Origin: a virus
Lineage: Duplodnaviria > Caudoviricetes
IMG/VR virus record: IMGVR_UViG_3300042452_000459
Location: 1 to 54,585 of that record
Reading direction: 5' to 3' (one strand)
DNA: 54,585 bases
This document shows, piece by piece, positions 26,973 through 35,599 of the stretch. Position 1 is the first letter of the stretch. Every line of letters begins with the position of its first letter. The position numbers and the translations under genes are program-made. Below the pieces are notes generated by a model. That model made no database searches, was not told the DNA's origin, and saw only the letters and a list, made by a program, of their open reading frames with translations.

Positions 26973-27808
26973 TTGATATACTTTGCTAACTTATCTTTAT
27001 TTTTAATGATGTACTCTGGGAAAGTATCATCAATAGGAACAACTTGTGGGGTGTAAAGATAATCTCTACCAAAAGGATCAATGCCCTTTTCAATACGTTC
27101 TTCCATACTGTCCCTAAATTGTGGAAGATTATTTTCCTGATGTTCATATGCATCCATTTTTGCACGAACAGTATCAGCATCACCAAAGAAACTCCAGTGC
27201 CAAGATCCATCTTCAACTTTCCATGCATCTTGATGCGACTGTCTGAGTTTATCTACACTCATAGTCTTTAGCATCTTCATGGTAGAAACTCTTGTCCCCA
27301 TCCACTCCTTCTCGCACAGAAGATTTAGATAGTAATAATAAACTGGACCCTTGAGAACATAATGATTAATTGGATCAAACCATTCATCAATCGCTTTGAT
27401 TGCTTCTGGATTGGCAATCTCATCAGCATCACTAGTCAAGATAATATCATCATCTTGTGCGTGATCTAACAAGGCATAGATTGCACTATCTTTATGAAAG
27501 CAAGCACGCTGATAGTGCAATGGAAGTTTATAGATATCATCTTCCATCATACTTCGATGATATGGTACACCTTCCCAGTATTTTTCTAAGGTCTCATTGT
27601 TATCATCTAAGACGTGGTGAATAATTTTATCTTGCCATTTCTTGAAGCGTTCTTTATTCTCTGCAAAGTATAATGGTTTTTTCTTTCCAGTGAAAGTAAT
27701 CGTAGATTCATTGATAACAAAATAATCTACTATATCACCCAGGATATTCATCCTAAGTTCCAGTAGATCGAGTTCATTATAGAAGGTGAATGTATCAAAA
27801 ATTTTCAT
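26969..27808 (-). CDS. Glycosyltransferase family 17 (GlcNAc transferase-like)
   Basis: FYNELDLLELR, TFTGKKKPL, SDADEI and WHWSF motifs. Confidence 0.85.
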   Translation of the reverse strand: MKIFDTFTFYNELDLLELRMNILGDIVDYFVINESTITFTGKKKPLYFAENKERFKKWQDKIIHHVLDDNNETLEKYWEGVPYHRSMMEDDIYKLPLHYQRACFHKDSAIYALLDHAQDDDIILTSDADEIANPEAIKAIDEWFDPINHYVLKGPVYYYYLNLLCEKEWMGTRVSTMKMLKTMSVDKLRQSHQDAWKVEDGSWHWSFFGDADTVRAKMDAYEHQENNLPQFRDSMEERIEKGIDPFGRDYLYTPQVVPIDDTFPEYIIKNKDKLAKYIK

Positions 27809-28584
27809 AAAACATATTCAAGAATAAAATTCCTCTGATCTTCAGTATTTGTCCACTCACCAACTTGAAGATAATCATTTAACTTTAGTTGACAGACATT
27901 GATATCTGTACCTACAAGCATACTATAATTTAGATGCTCTGTCAACATTAGATCTGTACAATAAAAATTCTGCACATGTTCACTGCACAATGCAGCAGCA
28001 ACACAAAATGTTCCTACACCAGAATTTGCTAAGTTTTTTGCCGACATTAGTGTTGCAAAATCTTCAGCAACAGATGAAGATTGTACTATTACCTTTGGGT
28101 TTTGTCTAAGAACTTCAACAATGGGATTGTTTTTGTCAGGTTCCGTAACGACAATTGCCCTTTCAAAATTGGAAAGTAATTTGTTGTAAAAATCAAGAGG
28201 ATTAGGAGTATACTGATGCCCGTTAGGATGAACTTGGTCAAAAATATCTCCACTCCTAATGTGAATAACAACAGTATCGTCAGGTATAATTTGCCTTGGT
28301 GGTATCTTAAGATGTGGTGCAATGTGTTCTTTACAGATCCTACGCATATTGCGATAAATGTGGTCAACTGGAATATTGACTTCTTTGTACGGACCTTCCC
28401 AATAGAAGAACTTTGATGATAACTCTTGAGTGCTGTATCCAAACGATTTCTGGTATTTGGAGATAATCTCATGATCAATACTTTCAAACTGCGTCATCAA
28501 TAACTCAGCAACCATACATCCAACAGCACACTGTTGAATGTTATTACCAAGTCTTCCATACCAATGTGAAATTTTTACTGACAT
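27805..28584 (-). CDS. GT11-like glycosyltransferase
   Basis: GRLGNNIQQ, HIRSGD and GVGTF motifs. Confidence 0.6.
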   Translation of the reverse strand: MSVKISHWYGRLGNNIQQCAVGCMVAELLMTQFESIDHEIISKYQKSFGYSTQELSSKFFYWEGPYKEVNIPVDHIYRNMRRICKEHIAPHLKIPPRQIIPDDTVVIHIRSGDIFDQVHPNGHQYTPNPLDFYNKLLSNFERAIVVTEPDKNNPIVEVLRQNPKVIVQSSSVAEDFATLMSAKNLANSGVGTFCVAAALCSEHVQNFYCTDLMLTEHLNYSMLVGTDINVCQLKLNDYLQVGEWTNTEDQRNFILEYVL

Positions 28585-29234
28585 ACAAATAAACTTCTTG
28601 CTTCAGCACCCTCAGAAATGAATGGACCCCAAAGTGTTTCTGGAATAACCGTAGGATCTACATACCAATCTTCATAAGGATTATTACCATTACATACATC
28701 AGCAGCAACTAATTCAAATCCTTTAGACTTCAAAAATTCTCTTGACAGTTCTCTTGCTTGAGGACCGTCTTTGTAGACATCAGTTTCGTATGTGATCACA
28801 GAAACTTTATATTCATCAAAAGGAATTCTAGTTAGGATCTTATAAGTTGTCATTGCAGGTTCACAATCAAGTGAAAGATAATCAATTGTTTTATCTTTCC
28901 ACCTACGACCATCTAGTTTTTTTTGAAAATCAAAGACAGTACCATCTGCATATTCACATTTATTATGGCGAACTGTGTTAAACAACTCAACCATCTCCTT
29001 ATCAATTTCAACAGAAATTCCTTTCCACATGAACTTATCTTCTAAAAGAAAAGTATTATTGAATTCTACTGGATGATTTGCACCAACTTCAAGATACTTA
29101 CCACTACGTTTTCCTTGAAGCATTGTTAAGACAAACAAGTCTTGATATGCTTGAGAAAAGTTTCTTTTAATTTTTTCTACCCCAGGAAAGGGGTTGTTCA
29201 GTGCATCAAGTTCTGCGTCGTAATGTGTATTCAT
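28575..29234 (-). CDS. FkbM-like methyltransferase (paralog of 23936..24613)
   Basis: SQAYQDLFV, YLEVGA, NNTFLLE, DYLSLDCEP and YEDWYV motifs. Confidence 0.75.
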   Translation of the reverse strand: MNTHYDAELDALNNPFPGVEKIKRNFSQAYQDLFVLTMLQGKRSGKYLEVGANHPVEFNNTFLLEDKFMWKGISVEIDKEMVELFNTVRHNKCEYADGTVFDFQKKLDGRRWKDKTIDYLSLDCEPAMTTYKILTRIPFDEYKVSVITYETDVYKDGPQARELSREFLKSKGFELVAADVCNGNNPYEDWYVDPTVIPETLWGPFISEGAEARSLFVCQ

Positions 29235-30307
29235 CAGTTTTCAGTATATACCTTCTTAAGAATTTGTTCGTTAATCCACTTGTAAGTTTTAGCAATTCCT
29301 TCTTCAAGGGTCATCGAGTAATCCCATCCTAGTTTTTCACGGATAAGATCGTTGTTTGAGTTGCGACCACGAACACCAAGAGGACCATCAATATGTTCTT
29401 TATCAACAAACTTACCAGCAACTTTAGCAGCAGTCTCCACAAGTTGATTGATAGTCACCATTTCTTCAGATCCAATGTTCACTGGACCCATAAAATCACT
29501 ATCCATCAAACGACGGGTTGCTTCAATACACTCATCGATATACAGGAATGAGCGAGTTTGTTTTCCATCACCCCATACTTCTATAGATCCACCTTCTTTT
29601 GGAAGGTAGGCAACTTTGCGACAAATTGCTGCAGGAGCTTTCTCACGTCCGCCTTCCCAAGTTCCTTCGGGACCAAAGATATTATGATATCTGGCAACAC
29701 GCACAGGAATATTATAGTTGCGATGATAGGCAAAATAAAGACGTTCCGAAAAAAGTTTTTCCCAACCATATTCACTGTCTGGATCAGCTGGATAAGCACT
29801 TTCTTCACGACAATCTGGGTTATCGGGATCAAGTTGATTGTGTTCTGGATACATGCAAGCAGACCCAGAATAGAAAATTTTAGTCTTATTTACGCCATAG
29901 CGTTCATTCATTTTTGCCTGTTGATCAAGCACGTTGAGATTGATTGATACTGAGTTGTGCATAATATCAGCATCATGCTCTCCAGTGAAAACAAATCCTG
30001 CTCCACCCATATCAGCAGCAAACTGATAAACCTCATCAAATACTTGAATATAACGATAAGGAACTGAATTGTAGAAGTTTCCCGATGTACCCTTCCATTC
30101 AAGGACACGACGAACAAAATCTACATCACGAAGATCTCCAAGAACAAATTCATCTGCCTCAGTTGGAGAAAATTCTGGTCTTTTCATGTCAACTCCACGT
30201 ACCCAATATCCTTCAGACTTGAGACGTTTGACCATGTGACTACCGATAAAGCCACCTGCACCAAGAACTAGTGCTTTCTTAGTATACTGTGTCATACTGG
30301 ATGCCAT
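29234..30307 (-). CDS. GDP-mannose 3,5-epimerase-like NAD-dependent epimerase
   Basis: GAGGFIG, AADMGG, SACMYP, YGWEK, REKAPAAICRK and GVRGRNS motifs. Confidence 0.85.
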   Translation of the reverse strand: MASSMTQYTKKALVLGAGGFIGSHMVKRLKSEGYWVRGVDMKRPEFSPTEADEFVLGDLRDVDFVRRVLEWKGTSGNFYNSVPYRYIQVFDEVYQFAADMGGAGFVFTGEHDADIMHNSVSINLNVLDQQAKMNERYGVNKTKIFYSGSACMYPEHNQLDPDNPDCREESAYPADPDSEYGWEKLFSERLYFAYHRNYNIPVRVARYHNIFGPEGTWEGGREKAPAAICRKVAYLPKEGGSIEVWGDGKQTRSFLYIDECIEATRRLMDSDFMGPVNIGSEEMVTINQLVETAAKVAGKFVDKEHIDGPLGVRGRNSNNDLIREKLGWDYSMTLEEGIAKTYKWINEQILKKVYTEN

Positions 30308-31608
30308 TGTAAATTGTTTTTAGTATAGTTTTCAACAACCTCCTCTATGTAGTCAATCATTTCACGAGTAATAACTGGACTACACCCAAGGAAGAATACA
30401 TTATCCAACACCTTAGAAGCGTTAGGATAGTTTGATGCTGGTTCGATGTGACGATATCCAGGATGTGCAAGAATATTACCAGCAAAGTAATTCCTTGTCT
30501 GAATACCATGTTGTTCTAAATATTTGACAAGGTTCGGTTTACCGTCCTCGTACACAATAGGAACTCCAAACCACGAGGTTTCAGCATGTTCTTTCTCTTC
30601 AATAACCCTCGCACCAGGGATCTTAGAGAAGATCTCATGAAGTCGAGCTTTGTTGAGACGACGGATAGCATGTATCTCTATTTGCTTCTCCAACTGTACA
30701 AGACCAATAGACCCCTGCAGATCGGCAGGCTTGAGATTGTATCCTTGAACGCCGAAGACATACTTATGATCGACATCCTTGTCGTACCCTTCCAACCAGC
30801 GGTCGAAGCGATTTCCACAAACACCGTTGGGCAATTTATTTTGGGATCCTACACAGTAGCATCCACGACCCCACCAGGCAAAAGATCTAGCGATCTGGAC
30901 AATCTCTTCAATGTTGGAGGAAACCATTCCTCCTTCGATAGTACTGATATGATGCGCTGGATAAAAAGAACACGACGCTGCGACGGCATGTTTGGTAAGA
31001 AGATCACCTCTCCACCTACTGCCAAGACTATCACAGTTGTCAGCGATGTACTCAAGGTTATACCTGTGGATAATATCGAGAAACTTATCAAAGTCGTAGG
31101 GATTTCCCAAGACAGGTGAAGAAAATACAGCCTTTGTTTTGGTTGTAATCTTTTCTCGGATCTGATCTAAGTTCCAGTTAAGATCACTATAATCAATATC
31201 AACGAAGACAGGTTTCAATCCATTCTGAATAATGGGATTGATTGTAGTTGGGAAACCACATGCACAAACAATAATCTCATCACCATCTTGCCAATCAAAA
31301 TATTTTTTCAGAGCAGCAATCATCACTAGGTTCGCAGAAGAACCTGAGTTGACCATCACAGAATGCTTGAACTCAAACATCTTGGAAAATGCTCGTTCAA
31401 ACTTATTGACTTCTTCACCAGCAGGTAACCACTTACCTTCTAAAAGAGTTGTAATTGCTGCAGCAACTTCACGTTCATCCCAATAGGGACCAGAATAAAA
31501 AATCTGATCCCCACGTTTCCAATTCTTATTCGCAAGATATGGAAACAGGGTTTCACCTTCACGCTGAAGTTGTGAAATAAAATTTGTTACTTTGTCGTTT
31601 ACAGACAT
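30292..31608 (-). CDS. CDP-4-keto-6-deoxyglucose 3-dehydrase E1-like (RfbH/DdhC; DegT/DnrJ fold)
   Basis: NSGSSANL, FPTT, SFYPAHHI (His in place of the Schiff-base Lys), GRGCYC...C, DHKY and FAGN motifs. Confidence 0.85.
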   Translation of the reverse strand: MSVNDKVTNFISQLQREGETLFPYLANKNWKRGDQIFYSGPYWDEREVAAAITTLLEGKWLPAGEEVNKFERAFSKMFEFKHSVMVNSGSSANLVMIAALKKYFDWQDGDEIIVCACGFPTTINPIIQNGLKPVFVDIDYSDLNWNLDQIREKITTKTKAVFSSPVLGNPYDFDKFLDIIHRYNLEYIADNCDSLGSRWRGDLLTKHAVAASCSFYPAHHISTIEGGMVSSNIEEIVQIARSFAWWGRGCYCVGSQNKLPNGVCGNRFDRWLEGYDKDVDHKYVFGVQGYNLKPADLQGSIGLVQLEKQIEIHAIRRLNKARLHEIFSKIPGARVIEEKEHAETSWFGVPIVYEDGKPNLVKYLEQHGIQTRNYFAGNILAHPGYRHIEPASNYPNASKVLDNVFFLGCSPVITREMIDYIEEVVENYTKNNLQWHPV

Positions 31609-32429
31609 AAATCTTTGACAATAAATTCTAAAGAAAGTTTTGGTTCAAATCCAAGTGATTGAAGTTTTTTTGTGTCCATCCAGAAGTTTTCTGTCTGAAC
31701 ATTCTTATGGAACACGGGGGGTTCCATATTCGTAATCTTACCTTTTGACTTTATATAGTGGTTGGCAAGATGAATGATTTCACCAACGGATGTTGGTTTT
31801 CCAGATCCAATATTATAAATTTCGTTCAAGTTACCTTTGTCAATAACTAGTTTAATAGCACGACAAACATCTTGAACATGCATTATATCACGGCAATGTG
31901 ATCCATGATTATAAAGTTTAATGTCATGATGAAGTTTTAGTTCATCAATCAACCAAGTAATAGCATTCTTTTTTCTAGATGCTTTTTGATCTCCCGCTCC
32001 AAGAACATTACACAGACGAAGAATACGATACTTCATTCCATAAGTTTCTGCGAACGACATAATAAGTTGTTCGGCACAACGTTTAGTAATGGAATAAAAC
32101 CCAGTTGGTTCACAACGAGCATCTTCTGTTGCTGGCATGTATGGAGTTTTACCATACACAAACCAAGAACTAATAAAGTTAAATGTAATGTCTTCAGATC
32201 TACAGTGATCTAACACTTCACATAGGACTTTTAGATTAGTCTCTACATCAAGTGTAATTCTATCATGAACGTTATAATTGTCAACTGTAGAGATAAAATA
32301 TAGAATATCTTTTGTCTTGGGTTTGCGTTCATCACGTTGCATTTCTATGCAACCATCATACATCTTTCTAAAGTTTCCACCTACAAACCCAGTACCACCA
32401 TATAAAGAAATCATTTTTTTAGATACCAA
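31599..32429 (-). CDS. NAD-dependent epimerase/dehydratase/reductase (SDR)
   Basis: GGTGFVG and YSITK (YxxxK) motifs. Confidence 0.85.
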   Translation of the reverse strand: MVSKKMISLYGGTGFVGGNFRKMYDGCIEMQRDERKPKTKDILYFISTVDNYNVHDRITLDVETNLKVLCEVLDHCRSEDITFNFISSWFVYGKTPYMPATEDARCEPTGFYSITKRCAEQLIMSFAETYGMKYRILRLCNVLGAGDQKASRKKNAITWLIDELKLHHDIKLYNHGSHCRDIMHVQDVCRAIKLVIDKGNLNEIYNIGSGKPTSVGEIIHLANHYIKSKGKITNMEPPVFHKNVQTENFWMDTKKLQSLGFEPKLSLEFIVKDLCL

Positions 32430-33343
32430 TCAACAGTCATTTTAAGTGCTTGATCAAAATCAAAGTGTGGGATCCAACCAGTTCGTTGTGTAAGTTTTTC
32501 AAAACTCATCCCATATCTTTTATCTTGTCCAGGACGATCTTGAGATACTCCAATCAAACTATGTGGTTTACCAAGAATATCTAAAATCTTTTTGGTGACA
32601 TCAATATTTCTCAACTCACATTCACCACCAATATTAAACCGATCATTCATTACACGTTGCTCTTCAAGCATCCAAATAGCACGGCAATGATCATACACAT
32701 ATAACCAGTCTCTAATTTGATTTCCACCACCATACATATAAGTCACTTCATCCTTAAGTGCATTGAAGATTACCTTTGGAATGAGTTTCTCAATGTGTTG
32801 ATGAGGACCATAATTATTACTACAGTTAGTAATGAGATAAGGTAATCCGTAAGTGTTGTGCCAGGTTCTGACATAGTGATCGGAAGCTGCTTTACTGGCA
32901 CTGTATGGATTCCTGGGATCATAAGGTGTTTCTTCAGTGAATAATTCAGTATCTTCGTATTCTAATGATCCATAGACTTCATCTGTAGAAATGTGATGAA
33001 ACTTTTGAATATCAATTGCTAGACTAGCATTTAGAAGATTGATAGTTCCTACAACATTAGATTCTAAAAATGGTCGATAGTTCTTAATAGAATTATCAAC
33101 ATGACTTTCTGCAGCAAAGTGAAAGACTTTGCGTGGTTTATATTTCTTGAAAATATAATCTACATGATTTTCATTTGTAATATCGCACCAAACAAACTCA
33201 AACTGCGGATCATCAGGAATAAACCCAAGATCCGCAGCATAAGTTAGATTGTCCAGAACGATGACTTTCTCGTTAGTAACCTTCCTCATATAATGAAGAA
33301 AGTTACTGCCGATAAAACCTGCACCGCCAGTAACTAAAAACAT
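32411..33343 (-). CDS. rfbB: dTDP-glucose 4,6-dehydratase
   Basis: TGGAGFIGSNF, HFAAESHVDNSI, STDEVYG, YSASKAASDH and RDWLYVYDH motifs. Confidence 0.93.
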   Translation of the reverse strand: MFLVTGGAGFIGSNFLHYMRKVTNEKVIVLDNLTYAADLGFIPDDPQFEFVWCDITNENHVDYIFKKYKPRKVFHFAAESHVDNSIKNYRPFLESNVVGTINLLNASLAIDIQKFHHISTDEVYGSLEYEDTELFTEETPYDPRNPYSASKAASDHYVRTWHNTYGLPYLITNCSNNYGPHQHIEKLIPKVIFNALKDEVTYMYGGGNQIRDWLYVYDHCRAIWMLEEQRVMNDRFNIGGECELRNIDVTKKILDILGKPHSLIGVSQDRPGQDKRYGMSFEKLTQRTGWIPHFDFDQALKMTVDWYLKK

Positions 33344-33714
33344 CAGTCCGTGTAATACTCACTACCTATTCTACCATAATCATCTTCCAATCGCACAATG
33401 TCATCTTCATGACATTTATCTCCATATTGAACTTCTATAAAAAGAACTCCATCATCACCAGCAGTCATGCGGTGACGGGAGTTGATTGGAATTTGAAAAT
33501 GTTTGCCAGCATACACCCATTCAGTATACTCGTTTAGTTGAACTAAACCAGATCCTTCTACAATAACCCAATGTTCCATTCGATCATTGTGGTACTGAAG
33601 GGAAAAGCGTGCGTTTGGATTTACATAAATCCGCTTCACCTTATGGTGAGGACCATCATCGATATTTTCATACCAACCCCATGGTCGCTCCCTTCGTACA
33701 CATGTACAATTCAT
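33343..33714 (-). CDS. Mannose-6-phosphate isomerase type II C-terminal cupin
   Basis: RPWGWY, SLQYH..R.EHW, IEVQYG and EDDIVRLEDDYGR motifs. Confidence 0.9.
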   Translation of the reverse strand: MNCTCVRRERPWGWYENIDDGPHHKVKRIYVNPNARFSLQYHNDRMEHWVIVEGSGLVQLNEYTEWVYAGKHFQIPINSRHRMTAGDDGVLFIEVQYGDKCHEDDIVRLEDDYGRIGSEYYTD

Positions 33715-33733
33715 TTTCTTAGAAATAATTTTT

Positions 33734-34131
33734 CAGGCTCGCCACCAATTCTTTGACTGGAAATTGGAAACCAGGCGGAGAAAAATTCCCCATCCGCACC
33801 AACGGCATTTTAGAGATGACGTAAACTCATAGGGGTCATAATTGACTCCACCACTTGATTTTTAGAAAATCAAGAAAACAAATCTATCAGTTTCGCAATT
33901 TCGTTTATGGAAAAAAATCCACATAGCACTAAAACGTCGTAAAGTTTAAGTTTAATTGCAAAAGGTATTGATAGAATACCACCAACACACTTGATAAGTA
34001 ATCCATAACGAAAGTCTCCCCATAACATGATTTGATAACCAACTATGAGGAGAATATTGCCTAAGTATCGTAGAATACTAGATTTAGGCATTGGGTTGCT
34101 CCCGACCAGGGTTTTTATAGTCTCTCCATGA
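33734..34131 (-). ncRNA. manA-type structured RNA, interrupted by an ORF
   Basis: 5' CCCTGGTCGGGA element; three GTTT-stem-TGGTG/TGGCG modules; GGTGCGGATGGG...CCGCC; ends GTGGCGAGCCTG just upstream of the PMI gene, near tRNAs. Recognised from memory of the motif. Confidence 0.7.
33870..34091 (-). CDS. Small hydrophobic membrane protein inside the manA RNA
   Basis: 73 aa with 2-3 hydrophobic segments. Confidence 0.65.
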   Translation of the reverse strand: MPKSSILRYLGNILLIVGYQIMLWGDFRYGLLIKCVGGILSIPFAIKLKLYDVLVLCGFFSINEIAKLIDLFS

Positions 34132-34132
34132 C

Positions 34133-34360
34133 TTACACTAGAACACCTGCGTCCATAAGATCATATTCTACATTGTCAAGGATTACGTTGTAATCTTTTT
34201 CCGCATCGTCATAGAAGTATACGTTGCGAGATTTGTAGTATTTATAAAGCTTTTCGTAAAGTTTAGGATACTCTTCATCAAGATAAACAGTTCCTTCGAC
34301 GGCAGCAGTAAGTTTTTTGATGTCCGTCTTGAACTTAGAAAAAAATGGACTGCGAGACAT
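34133..34360 (-). CDS. Conserved cyanophage hypothetical protein
   Basis: Likely start MSRSPFFSKF at 34360, since the longer track ORF overlaps tRNA-Pro; own promoter upstream. Confidence 0.7.
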   Translation of the reverse strand: MSRSPFFSKFKTDIKKLTAAVEGTVYLDEEYPKLYEKLYKYYKSRNVYFYDDAEKDYNVILDNVEYDLMDAGVLV

Positions 34361-34384
34361 TTGTTGTTGAATGTTTACTGTTCT

Positions 34385-34413
34385 AGTATAGGATAAATGC
34401 CTTGGTATGTCAA
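34385..34413 (-). promoter_or_regulatory. Sigma70-type promoter heading the manA/glycan operon
   Basis: TTGACA-17nt-TATACT. Confidence 0.75.
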
Positions 34414-34418
34414 GGCAA

Positions 34419-34492
34419 TCGGGGTGACAGGATTCGAACCTGCGACATCTCGCTCCCAAAGCGAGTGCTCTACCAAACTGAGCTACACCCCG
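34419..34492 (-). tRNA. tRNA-Pro(TGG)
   Basis: Cloverleaf CGGGGTG...CTCGC-TTTGGGA-GCGAG...GTTCGAATC...CACCCCG-A. Confidence 0.95.
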
Positions 34493-34568
34493 TGGTGGAG
34501 AATAGCGGACTCGAACCGCTGACAGCCTGCTTGCAAAGCAGGTGCTCTACCAACTGAGCTAATTCCCC
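34493..34568 (-). tRNA. tRNA-Ala(TGC), CCA encoded
   Basis: GGGGAAT...CCTGC-TTTGCAA-GCAGG...ATTCTCC-A-CCA; G3:U70 pair. Confidence 0.95.
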
Positions 34569-34819
34569 AAGGCGGAAGCGGTTGGATTCGAACCAACGGT
34601 GCTACTAACACGGCAGTTTTCAAGACTGCTGCCATAAACCACTCGGCCACGCTTCCATTCATTATCATCCCAATGTCTTACAACGCCTGCAATAATAAAT
34701 GCATTAGTCATAAAATATGTAGTGAAGATAATAGTGCGGATGATTGCAATATAATCTGCTTCATGATTTTTATCAGAAGATTTCTCACCTAATGCTTTGC
34801 ACCAAAGTCTCCACATCAA
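34559..34819 (-). CDS. Small membrane protein whose frame runs through tRNA-Ser
   Basis: MWRLWCKALGEK...IIAGVVRHW resembles a common cyanophage small protein; stop lies in tRNA-Ala. Confidence 0.55.
   Translation of the reverse strand: MMWRLWCKALGEKSSDKNHEADYIAIIRTIIFTTYFMTNAFIIAGVVRHWDDNEWKRGRVVYGSSLENCRVSSTVGSNPTASALGN
34573..34656 (-). tRNA. tRNA-Ser(TGA)
   Basis: GGAAGCG...GCAGT-CTTGAAA-ACTGC, long variable arm, discriminator G. Confidence 0.93.
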
Positions 34820-35076
34820 CGGATTTCAAATTCAAGTTTTTTAATTTTTCTTTGACGCCTTGCTTCTTGAAAAGCAAGATCATCTTGACTTAGTATACCA
34901 GTTTGCTTTTGCTTTGTCAAGCCTTCTGTGACAACGATTTGAGAAAGATCTACTGCTGAAATCTTGTCACCATAAATCGTTGCCTGATTTGGGCATCCGC
35001 AAACTATTCGCTTTGAGGAGCTCTTCAACTCCTTGCCGCATGACTTGCAGCGTATCGTTAATGTGTTTGAGTTCAT
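34816..35076 (-). CDS. Small Cys-rich (Zn-ribbon-like) protein
   Basis: CKSC...CGCPN; QEARRQRK C-terminus. Confidence 0.7.
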   Translation of the reverse strand: MNSNTLTIRCKSCGKELKSSSKRIVCGCPNQATIYGDKISAVDLSQIVVTEGLTKQKQTGILSQDDLAFQEARRQRKIKKLEFEIR

Positions 35077-35164
35077 TTCTAATATCGTCTAACTCTTCAT
35101 GAATATCTTGATGATGAAACCTCAAAGGTTTTTGAATAATTTTTTTCAGTTTAGATGGTTTCAT
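34967..35164 (-). CDS. Small coiled-coil hypothetical protein
   Basis: QKPLRFHHQDIHEEL motif; starts 1 nt after the upstream stop. Confidence 0.55.
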   Translation of the reverse strand: MKPSKLKKIIQKPLRFHHQDIHEELDDIRNELKHINDTLQVMRQGVEELLKANSLRMPKSGNDLW

Positions 35165-35165
35165 T

Positions 35166-35351
35166 TCAAAGTTGCTTTTGGTTATTTAGGCTATCGAAAA
35201 ATTCTTTGCTTACAATTTTTGGATTATAACCTGGATAGAATTTTTTTGTAATAACCCCAATACCCATTGCAGTAATAGCACTGTCACAAAGTATCCAAAC
35301 AGTTTTTGTATTACAATCCACTACATGTGGAAGAGGAAATTTATCTTTCAT
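35166..35351 (-). CDS. Small hypothetical protein
   Basis: ORF track; FPLPHVVD...CDSAITAMG...FYPGY. Confidence 0.65.
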   Translation of the reverse strand: MKDKFPLPHVVDCNTKTVWILCDSAITAMGIGVITKKFYPGYNPKIVSKEFFDSLNNQKQL

Positions 35352-35366
35352 GTACTTATTATATCA

Positions 35367-35438
35367 TGGGTGATGACAGGATCGAACTGCCGACCGCCTC
35401 GGTGTAAACGAGATGCTCTACCGCTGAGCTAATCACCC
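35367..35438 (-). tRNA. tRNA-Val(TAC)
   Basis: GGGTGAT...CTCG-TTTACAC-CGAG...ATCACCC-A. Confidence 0.94.
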
Positions 35439-35513
35439 TGGAGCGAAATATCGGATTCGAACCGATGACATTCAGCTTGGAAGGCTGACGTTCTACCACT
35501 GAACTAATTTCGC
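35439..35513 (-). tRNA. tRNA-Gly(TCC), CCA encoded
   Basis: GCGAAAT...TCAGC-CTTCCAA-GCTGA...ATTTCGC-T-CCA. Confidence 0.94.
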
Positions 35514-35517
35514 AAGG

Positions 35518-35599
35518 TGTCGGTGAAAGGACTTGAACCTTCACGGGATACCCCACTGGAACCTAAACCCAGCGCGTCTACCAATTCCGCCACACCGAC
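35518..35599 (-). tRNA. tRNA-Leu(TAG)
   Basis: GTCGGTG...CTGGG-TTTAGGT-TCCAG, long variable arm, CACCGAC-A. Confidence 0.93.

Noticed and set aside
34483-34668. 61-aa ORF (likewise 35359-35556 and the N-terminal extension of 34133-34459)
   Set aside because: Translations of tRNA genes
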